NCBI GenBank assembly: GCA_965228475.1
Contig: OZ245817.1
Coordinates: forward strand, 1,728,001-1,792,000
Source: Myxococcota bacterium
Lineage (GTDB): Bacteria; Myxococcota_A; UBA9160; JAFDDA01
Direction: 5' to 3'
Length of the DNA: 64,000 nt
Shown here piece after piece: positions 56,886-64,000 of the stretch (positions are counted from its first letter, which is position 1; each line of letters begins with the position of its first letter). The translations under genes and the position numbers were made by a program. Under the pieces are notes generated by a model. That model saw only the letters and a list, made by a program, of their open reading frames with translations, made no database searches and was not told the origin of the DNA.

Positions 56886-57360
56886 GCTTCTTCCCCCATC
56901 GCTCCCGCAGGCGGTCTTCCCGGGCGAGGAGCCACGGGGAGATCGCGACGCCGAGCAGGCCTCCGAAGGTATCGAGCACCACGTCGAGCCACTCGCCGCT
57001 TCGCACGGTGAGGAAGGATTGCCGGAGTTCGTCGGCCGCCGCCACCACGATGACGAGTCCGAGGGCGGGGAGGGCGGCGTCCCAGAAGGAGATCCCCGGG
57101 CGCATCCGGTCCATGGCCCGGAAGGTGAGGATGGCCGTCACGCCGTACTCGAACACGTGCGCGCACTTGCGGATGTAGAACATGAGCCCGCGGATCTCCC
57201 AGGGCTTCCACTCCGGGAGGAGCCACTCGAGGAACGGGCCGAGGAAGCGGGAGGTCTGCTCGGAGCTGAATCCGGCGCCGCCGAGGGCGAAGATGAGCAG
57301 GAGCCAGAGCCCGACCGGAACCCACGGGAGCAAACGATGTCGGTCGAGGCGCTTCGGCAC
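56875..57360 (-). CDS. VanZ-like membrane protein
   Basis: RKCAHVFEYG, DELRQSF...R...DVVLD; start inferred. Confidence 0.8.
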   Translation of the reverse strand: MPKRLDRHRLLPWVPVGLWLLLIFALGGAGFSSEQTSRFLGPFLEWLLPEWKPWEIRGLMFYIRKCAHVFEYGVTAILTFRAMDRMRPGISFWDAALPALGLVIVVAAADELRQSFLTVRSGEWLDVVLDTFGGLLGVAISPWLLAREDRLRERWGKKRGG

Positions 57361-57420
57361 GGCGGGCGAACGTAGCAAGCCGCCGCCCCTGGACGGGTCG
57401 AGCGGGATAGGATCTCGAGC

Positions 57421-58419
57421 ATGGGAACCCGCCGGATCGGTCTCGTCTACGACGTCTTCGGGAGCTATCCCGCGCGCCCGGGCGCTCCGGCCGACGCGGA
57501 GGCCGAGTACGAGCCCGAGGCCACGGTCGCCGCTCTGGCGGGCGCCATCGAGCGGCTCGGCCACGTGCCCGTGCGCCTGGGCAACGCCCACGCCCTGCTC
57601 GCCGCAGGGGGCCGCACGGAGCTCCCGGCGCTCGATGCGGCCCTCGCCATCAGCGAAGGCTTCGGGACGCGCAACCGGGAAGCCTGGGCCCCGGTGCTCC
57701 TCGACATGCTCGAAGTTCCGGCGCTCGGCTCCGACGCGCTCTCGCTGTCGCTCTCGCTCGACAAGGCGTGGACCAAGGACGTCGTGGGCGCCGCCGGGGT
57801 CCCGGTCACGGCGCAGTGCTCGCTCGCGAGTTCCCGCGAGATCGAAAAGGCGAGCCTTCCCGGACCCTTTCCGCTCTTCGTGAAACCTCGCTGGGAAGGC
57901 ACGGCCAAGGGCATCGACGCCGGGGCCCGGGTCGAGGACGAGGCGGCGCTGGCCCGGCGCGTCGACGAGGTCGCCGCCCGCTACGGGCAGCCGGCGCTGG
58001 TCGAACCGTTCCTGCCCGGGGCCGAGTACACCGTCACCGTCGTCGGGCACGACCCGCCGCGCGCCCTCCCGGTGCTCCAGCGCGCCCTCGAGCGCGCGAG
58101 CGGGATCGGCCTGCACGCCGTCGAGGGCGAAGGCGACGCCCTCGACCACCACGCCCCCGGCGACCTCGACGCCGCGCTCGAAGAGGAACTCGCGGCCCTG
58201 GCGCTCCGCGCCTTCGAGGCGCTCGCCTGCCGCGACTTCGCCCGCGCGGACTTCAAGCTCGATGCCGCGGGCCGGCCCTTCTTCCTCGAGATCAATCCGC
58301 TCCCGACCTTCGCGCCGGACGGCTCCTTCGGGATCCTGGCGGAGCTCGAGGGCCGCCCGCTCGAAGCGCTCCTGGCCGACGTGCTCGGCGAGGGGCTGCG
58401 ACGCCTCGGCCTCGCATAG
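57421..58419 (+). CDS. D-Ala-D-Ala-ligase-like ATP-grasp enzyme (non-canonical N-domain)
   Basis: LDKAWTK, LFVKPRWEGTAKGI, VEPFLPGAE, RDFARADF, FLEINPLP. Confidence 0.85.
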   Translation: MGTRRIGLVYDVFGSYPARPGAPADAEAEYEPEATVAALAGAIERLGHVPVRLGNAHALLAAGGRTELPALDAALAISEGFGTRNREAWAPVLLDMLEVPALGSDALSLSLSLDKAWTKDVVGAAGVPVTAQCSLASSREIEKASLPGPFPLFVKPRWEGTAKGIDAGARVEDEAALARRVDEVAARYGQPALVEPFLPGAEYTVTVVGHDPPRALPVLQRALERASGIGLHAVEGEGDALDHHAPGDLDAALEEELAALALRAFEALACRDFARADFKLDAAGRPFFLEINPLPTFAPDGSFGILAELEGRPLEALLADVLGEGLRRLGLA

Positions 58420-58486
58420 CCCGCCGGGCTCCGGGCCCGGGGGTGCCGCGGGAGCCGGACCCGCCCAGCCGTTATCTTCGGGCCCC

Positions 58487-59590
58487 ATGCCCGCCGAGCG
58501 AGCCGACGCGAACCGCCCCGAGTGGCGCGACTGGACCTGGCAGATGCGCCACCGCGTGCGCAGCGCGGAGGATCTCGCGCGCTTCGTCGCACCCGATCCG
58601 GACGAGGTCCGGGCGGTCGCGGCCCTGGCGGATCGCTTCCGCTTCGTGATCACGCCCTACTACGCGAGCCTCATGGACCCCGAGGACCCCGCGTGTCCGA
58701 TCCGCCGCCAGGTCGTCCCGCGTACGGCCGAGCTCGACGACCCGGCCGGCCTGGCGGACCCTCTCGACGAAGTCGCGCACTCGCCGGTGAAGAACGTGAT
58801 CCGCGTCTACCCGGACCGCATCGCCTTCTGCGTGAACAACGAGTGCGCGCTCTACTGCCGCTACTGCCTGCGCAAACGCATGGTCGGCGACGAAGACTGG
58901 ACGATGCGCCGGGCCGAGCTCTCCGAGGCCCTTGCGTGGATCCGCGAAACCCCGGCCATCCGCGACGTCCTGCTGACCGGCGGCGACCCCCTGGTCTTCT
59001 CCGACGATCGCCTCGGCTGGCTGCTCGGCGAGCTGCGGGCGATCCCGCACGTCGAGATCATCCGGCTCGGGACGCGGCTCCCCGTGACCCTCCCGTTCCG
59101 CGTGACCGACGATCTCTGCCGGCTGCTCGCGGAGCACCACCCGGTCTGGCTGAACACCCACTTCAATCATCCCCGCGAGCTCACGCCGGAGGCCGCGGAG
59201 GCCTGCGACAAGCTCACCCGCGCCGGCGTCCCGGTCGGCAACCAGAGCGTCCTCCTGCGCGGCATCAACGACGACACGGCGACCATGAAGGCGCTCTGCG
59301 AAGGCCTCGTCCGCATGCGCGTGCGGCCCTACTACTGCTATCAGGCGCAGCTCCTCGAGGGGACGGGCCACTTCCGCGTGCCGATCGAGGAGGGCATGGC
59401 GCTCTTCCGCGAGATGCGGGGCCGGACGAGCGGCTTCGCGATTCCGCTCTACGTGCTCGACACGCCCTACGGAAAGGTCCCGCTGACCCACCCCCACGTG
59501 CGCGGCCGCGAGGGCGACGACGTCGTGGTCGAGACCTACGAGGGCAAGCTCTGGCGGGAACCGAACCCGTTGGACGAGACGGCCGGTTGA
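58487..59590 (+). CDS. KamA-family radical SAM/PLP 2,3-aminomutase
   Basis: WRDWTWQ, ITPYY, CALYCRYC, LTGGDPL, HFNHPRE, NQSVLLRGIND, DTPYGK. Confidence 0.92.
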   Translation: MPAERADANRPEWRDWTWQMRHRVRSAEDLARFVAPDPDEVRAVAALADRFRFVITPYYASLMDPEDPACPIRRQVVPRTAELDDPAGLADPLDEVAHSPVKNVIRVYPDRIAFCVNNECALYCRYCLRKRMVGDEDWTMRRAELSEALAWIRETPAIRDVLLTGGDPLVFSDDRLGWLLGELRAIPHVEIIRLGTRLPVTLPFRVTDDLCRLLAEHHPVWLNTHFNHPRELTPEAAEACDKLTRAGVPVGNQSVLLRGINDDTATMKALCEGLVRMRVRPYYCYQAQLLEGTGHFRVPIEEGMALFREMRGRTSGFAIPLYVLDTPYGKVPLTHPHVRGREGDDVVVETYEGKLWREPNPLDETAG

Positions 59591-61131
59591 CCGAAGGGGC
59601 CAAGCGGGTCGGCGCCGCGGCACTTCTGCTCTCCGCGAGCGTCCTGCTCTCGCGGGTGCTCGGCTACGTGCGCGAGGCGGTCCTCGCGGCGGCGGTGGGG
59701 ATCGGTCCCGCCACCGATGCCTACAAGGCGGCCTTCCAGATCCCGGACGTCCTGAACTACTTCCTGGCCGGCGGCGCGCTCTCGATCCCCTTCATCCCCC
59801 TCTACTCGCGCTACCTGGAACGCGCCGACGAAGAGGGCGCCGCCCGGGCGCTCGGGACCGTCTTCGGGACCACGATGGCCCTGGTGAGCGTCGCGACGGC
59901 CTTCCTCTTCTGGCAGGCGGACGCCTTCGTCGCGCTCTTCTTCCACGACTTCTCGCCCGAGCTCCAGGCCCAGACGGTCCGCCTCACGCGCATCATCCTG
60001 CCGGGGCAGATCTTCTTCTTCGCCGGTGGGATCCTCCGCGCGGCGCTGATGGCGCGCGGGAACTTCGCCGCCCACGCGCTCGCGCCCGTCCTCTACAACG
60101 TGTGCATCATCCTCGGCGGGCTGCTGCTCGCGCCGCGCATGGGCGTCGAGGGCTTCTCCTGGGGCTGCCTCGCCGGGGCGATCGTCGGGCCGTTCCTCGT
60201 TCCGGTGGTGGACGCCCGGCGCCGGCGCCTGCGTCTCGCCCCGCGCGTGCAGCCGCTCTCGGCGGACTTCAAACAGTACGCGCGGCTCCTCGCTCCGCTC
60301 TGTCTCGGCGCGACGCTGCTCACGGTCGACGAATGGTTCGACCGCTACTTCGGCCATCAGATCGGCGTCGGCGCGATCGCCGTGATCACCTTCGCCCGGA
60401 CGCTCATGCTCGTGCCGATCGCGGCGGTGGGGCAGGCCGTGGCGACGGCCGCGCTCCCGGCCTTCTCGCGTCTCCACGCCGCGGGAAAGCCTCGCGAGCT
60501 GAACAGCCTCCTGCAGCGCACGCTCGAGATCTCCCTCGGCCTGGCGATCTGGCTGGCAGCGGGACTCTGGGCGCTCGCAGACCCGGCCGTCCGCTTGCTC
60601 TACGAGCGCGGGGCCTTCACCAGCGCGGACAGCGCTGCCGTCGCCCCCGTGCTCGCGCTGCTCTGCTTCGGCGTTGCCGGCTGGGTCGTGCAGCAGATCA
60701 GCGTGCGCGCCTTCTACGCCCGCGAGCAGATGTGGGCGCCGATGCTGCTCGGCACGGCCATCGCCGCGCTGGCCGTGCCGCTCTACTGGTGGCTCGGGGC
60801 CGAGCGCGGGGTCGAAGGGCTCGCCATGGCCGGCGCGATCGCCGTCAGCGTGAACGCGGTGGCGACCCTGGTGCTCGGCCGCGTGCGCCACGGGGCGCCC
60901 GACCTCGGCGAACTCCTGCAGACGGCGCTTCGCGTGGGCGCGGTCGCGGGCATCGGAGCCGTGGTGGCGGTGCGCTTCGTCGAAGGCCGCCCGGGCTTCC
61001 TCGGGGCCCTGCTCGACGCCGCGGCGGGCGGCGCCGTCTTCCTCGCCCTGACCCTGCCCGGCATCGCCTGGGTCGCACCGAAGCTCCGGCACGCCCTGGT
61101 CGCGCGCCTGCGCCGCTCGCCCGCGCCGTGA
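59587..61131 (+). CDS. murJ: Lipid II flippase (MurJ/MviN)
   Basis: [42 protein letters not shown] overlap with the KamA-like gene. Confidence 0.9.
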   Translation: MTEGAKRVGAAALLLSASVLLSRVLGYVREAVLAAAVGIGPATDAYKAAFQIPDVLNYFLAGGALSIPFIPLYSRYLERADEEGAARALGTVFGTTMALVSVATAFLFWQADAFVALFFHDFSPELQAQTVRLTRIILPGQIFFFAGGILRAALMARGNFAAHALAPVLYNVCIILGGLLLAPRMGVEGFSWGCLAGAIVGPFLVPVVDARRRRLRLAPRVQPLSADFKQYARLLAPLCLGATLLTVDEWFDRYFGHQIGVGAIAVITFARTLMLVPIAAVGQAVATAALPAFSRLHAAGKPRELNSLLQRTLEISLGLAIWLAAGLWALADPAVRLLYERGAFTSADSAAVAPVLALLCFGVAGWVVQQISVRAFYAREQMWAPMLLGTAIAALAVPLYWWLGAERGVEGLAMAGAIAVSVNAVATLVLGRVRHGAPDLGELLQTALRVGAVAGIGAVVAVRFVEGRPGFLGALLDAAAGGAVFLALTLPGIAWVAPKLRHALVARLRRSPAP

Positions 61132-64000
61132 GCTGGTCCTTCTGGATCGACCGCGGGGGCACCTTCACGGACTGCATCGGCCTCGCCCCGGACGGCGGGC
61201 TCCACGTCGCGAAGGTGCTCTCCTCGGACACGGCGCCGGTGGAGGGGATCCGTCAGATCCTCGGGCTCGGGTCCGAGGAACCGATCCCGCCCTGCACGGC
61301 GAAGATCGGGACGACCCTCGCCACCAACGCGCTCCTCGAGCGCCGCGGCGCGCGCACCCTGCTCGTGACCTCGCGCGGTCTCGGGGACGTGCTTCGCATC
61401 GGGACCCAGGAGCGGCCGGAGCTCTTCGAGCTGGCGATCGAGAAGCCGGCGCCGCTCGAGGAGGCGGTCCTCGAGGTCGAGGCCCGCATCGGCGCCGAAG
61501 GCGAGCGGGTCGCGGCGCTCGATCGGGAGGAACTCGAACGGGGCCTCGCCGCCGCGCGGGAGCAAGGGGTCGCCTCCGTCGCCGTGGCGCTTCCGCACAG
61601 CTACCGCGACCCGGAGGACGAGCGCCGCGTCGTCGAGGCCGCGCGGGCCGCGGGTTTCTCCCATGCGGTCGCCTCGGCCGATCTCGTGCGCGAGCTCGGC
61701 TTCCTCGCGCGCGGGGAGACGGCGGTGGCCGACGCCTACCTGACGCCGCTCCTTGCGGATCACGTGCGCGAGCTCTCGGAATCGCTGCCCGGCTCGCGGC
61801 TCTCCTTCATGCAGTCGAGCGGAGGCCTCTCCGAGCCCGCGCGCTTCCGGGGCCCGACGGCCCTTCTCTCGGGGCCGGCCGGCGGCGTGGTCGGCGCGGC
61901 GCGGGTCGCGCGGGAGGCCGGCTTCGCCGGCGCCGTGGGCTTCGACATGGGAGGCACCTCGACGGACGTCTCCCTGGTGACCGAAGGCGAGATCGAGCGC
62001 GCCTTCGAATCGGAGGTCGCCGGGGTGCGCGTGCGCGCACCGATGATGCGCATCCACACGGTGGCCGCCGGCGGCGGGTCGCTCTGTCGCTTCGACGGGT
62101 TCCGCCTGACCGTGGGCCCCGAGAGCGCCGGCGCGAGCCCCGGGCCGCTCTGCTACGGGCGCGCGGATGCCTCGGGCGCGCCGCTGGCAGAGGAGCTCGC
62201 GCTCACCGACGTGAATCTCGCCCTCGGCCGCCTCCAGCCGGACCGCTTCCCGTTCCCGATCGCGCGCGAGCCCGTGGACGCGGCGCTCGCCGAACTCGAG
62301 GGCTCGCTCGCCGCCTCCGGGCAGCGGCTCGTCGCCGAGGAGATCGCCGCGGGCTTCGTCGAGGTGGCGAACGCCGCGATGGTCCAGGCCATCGCGGAGG
62401 TCTCGGTCGCACGCGGCGTCGACCCGCGCGGGCTGGCGCTGGTCGGTTTCGGCGGCGCCGCGGGGCAGCACGCCTGCGCCATCGCCCGCGCGCTCGGCAT
62501 GGAGACGGTGCTGCTCCACCCCTTCGCCGGGCTGCTCTCGGCCTACGGGATCGGGAGCGCCGAGCACGTCTGGGACGGGCAGGGCGACGCCGGGCGCGTG
62601 CCCCTGGAAGCCGACGGACTCCCGGCCGCCGTCGTGGATCTCCACCGCGAGCTCGAAGCCGAGGGCCGGGCGGCCCTGCTCGCCGAGGGCGCAGCGGAGG
62701 AAGGCCTCGTCGCCGAGCCCCTGCTCGACCTCCGCTACGCCGGAACCGAGACCGCGCTGACCGTGCGCGCGCCCGCCGCGGGCGGTTGGCCCGCGGCCTT
62801 CGCGGCGACCCACCGGACGCGCTTCGGCTACGTCCGCGAAGGACGCCCGGTCGAGATCGTGACGGCCCGGGTGCGCGTGAGCGCGCCGGGGGAGGGCGGG
62901 GAGGTGGCGCCGAGGGCGCCCGACGCCGGAGCTGCGCCCGCGGCGCCCGTCCGCCACGCCTCGGTCTGGTTCCCGGGGGAGGGGCGACTCGAGACGCCGG
63001 TCTTCGAGCGCGACTCGCTCCCGGCCGGAAGCACGGTCTCGGGACCGGCGCTCCTGCTCGAAGGGACCGGGACCGTCGTCGTCGATCCGGGCTTCGAGGG
63101 CGAGATCGACGCACGCGGCACCCTCGTGCTGTGCGACCGGGACCGGGGCCAGACCCGGGCCGCGAAGCCCCGCCACGACCTCGAACGCGCGGACCCGGTC
63201 CGGCTCGAGGTCTTCGGCAACCGCTTCATGTCGATCGCCGAGCAGATGGGCGCCGTCCTCCGCAACACGGCCTTCTCGACCAACATCAAGGAGCGCCTCG
63301 ACTTTTCCTGCGCGGTGTTCGACGGGGAGGGCGGGCTCGTCGCCAACGCGCCCCACATCCCCGTCCACCTCGGTGCCATGGGCGAGACCGTACGGGCCGT
63401 GCGCGCCCGCTTCCCGGACCTGGCCGCGGGGGACGTCGTGGTGAGCAACGACCCCTACGAGGGCGGCTCGCACCTGCCCGACGTGACGGTCGTCTCCCCG
63501 GTCTTCGTCGGCGGAGCGGCCACGCCGGACTTCTTCGTCGCCGCCCGCGGCCACCACGCCGACATCGGCGGGAAGACCCCGGGATCGATGCCGCCGGACT
63601 CGACGACGCTCGAAGAAGAAGGCGTCGTGCTGCACGCCTTCCGCCTGGTCGCGGGCGGGGTCTACGACGAGGCGGGCGCCCGCGAGCGCCTCGCCGCAGG
63701 GCCGTTCCCGGCGAGGAATCCCGAGGACAACCTCGCGGACTTCGAGGCCATGGCCGCGGCGAACCGCGCCGGAGCGGGGCTCCTCGAAGCGATGGTCGAG
63801 CGCGAGGGTCTCGAAGCCGTGCGCACGACGATGCGTCAGCTCCAGGAGGCCGCCGCCGGCAAGGTGGCCCGGGAGATCGGCGGCCTCCCGGACGGCGAGC
63901 ACACCTTCCGCGACGCCCTCGACGACGGCACCGAGATCGCGGTGCGCCTCACCGTGGCAGGCGAGCGCATGACGATCGACTTCGACGGGACGGCCCCGGC
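61128..64000 (+). CDS. Fused hydantoinase A/B, ATP-dependent 5-oxoprolinase family (3' truncated; absent from the ORF track)
   Basis: GTG at 61128 gives [45 protein letters not shown], then in frame [28 protein letters not shown]. Confidence 0.92.
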   Translation, partial: MSWSFWIDRGGTFTDCIGLAPDGGLHVAKVLSSDTAPVEGIRQILGLGSEEPIPPCTAKIGTTLATNALLERRGARTLLVTSRGLGDVLRIGTQERPELFELAIEKPAPLEEAVLEVEARIGAEGERVAALDREELERGLAAAREQGVASVAVALPHSYRDPEDERRVVEAARAAGFSHAVASADLVRELGFLARGETAVADAYLTPLLADHVRELSESLPGSRLSFMQSSGGLSEPARFRGPTALLSGPAGGVVGAARVAREAGFAGAVGFDMGGTSTDVSLVTEGEIERAFESEVAGVRVRAPMMRIHTVAAGGGSLCRFDGFRLTVGPESAGASPGPLCYGRADASGAPLAEELALTDVNLALGRLQPDRFPFPIAREPVDAALAELEGSLAASGQRLVAEEIAAGFVEVANAAMVQAIAEVSVARGVDPRGLALVGFGGAAGQHACAIARALGMETVLLHPFAGLLSAYGIGSAEHVWDGQGDAGRVPLEADGLPAAVVDLHRELEAEGRAALLAEGAAEEGLVAEPLLDLRYAGTETALTVRAPAAGGWPAAFAATHRTRFGYVREGRPVEIVTARVRVSAPGEGGEVAPRAPDAGAAPAAPVRHASVWFPGEGRLETPVFERDSLPAGSTVSGPALLLEGTGTVVVDPGFEGEIDARGTLVLCDRDRGQTRAAKPRHDLERADPVRLEVFGNRFMSIAEQMGAVLRNTAFSTNIKERLDFSCAVFDGEGGLVANAPHIPVHLGAMGETVRAVRARFPDLAAGDVVVSNDPYEGGSHLPDVTVVSPVFVGGAATPDFFVAARGHHADIGGKTPGSMPPDSTTLEEEGVVLHAFRLVAGGVYDEAGARERLAAGPFPARNPEDNLADFEAMAAANRAGAGLLEAMVEREGLEAVRTTMRQLQEAAAGKVAREIGGLPDGEHTFRDALDDGTEIAVRLTVAGERMTIDFDGTAP

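Noticed and set aside
56875..58419. vanZ-like plus ddl-like genes as a glycopeptide-resistance cluster
   Set aside because: No vanH, vanX, vanR or vanS; the ligase N-terminus is not VanA/Ddl-like; VanZ-like proteins are widespread
58487..59590. EpmB or AblA assignment for the KamA-like gene
   Set aside because: No efp/epmA or ablB acetyltransferase adjacent, and a lysine-binding Asp appears substituted
60783..63902. 1039-aa minus-strand ORF
   Set aside because: Antisense shadow of the plus-strand oxoprolinase, which has clear motifs and is missing from the track only because it runs off the window

Overview
Very GC-rich chromosomal window, probably from a deltaproteobacterial/Myxococcota-like lineage (inferred from composition and gene order only). 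Positions 1-34.7 kb are a flagellar cluster: flgK(partial)-flgL-csrA-fliW, motAB on the opposite strand, a minimal 274-aa flagellin, fliD-fliS-fliT, then hypothetical-PilZ-TPR-degenerate kinase-sigma54 activator-flgBC-fliEFGHIJ-motE-fliK-flgD-flgE. Two glycan islands flank the basal-body operon. Island 1 (9.2-18.4 kb) has pseB, pseC, a GH57-like protein, a Maf glycosyltransferase and PseF/PseG/NeuB-like genes, but no pseH. Island 2 (34.8-43.8 kb) has three paralogous ATP-grasp enzymes, a GT2, a Zn-dehydrogenase, an atypical transaldolase/FSA-family aldolase, an FkbM methyltransferase and a sulfotransferase. Together these suggest an uncharacterised, heavily tailored nonulosonic-acid flagellin glycan. 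The rest is larA-like, amiC, rph, rdgB, two divergent ECF sigma genes sharing a GTAACC-N16-CGTA promoter motif (one paired with an NrsF-like anti-sigma), a histidine phosphatase, cstA, an acyl-CoA synthetase, an MBL-fold protein, abgT, vanZ-like, and a co-oriented Ddl-like/KamA-like/murJ/5-oxoprolinase(partial) run. Five sigma54-type and three sigma28-like promoter candidates were read from the sequence. No rRNA, tRNA, CRISPR or mobile element was seen. All calls are by-eye motif recognition with no database search, and several start codons are best guesses.
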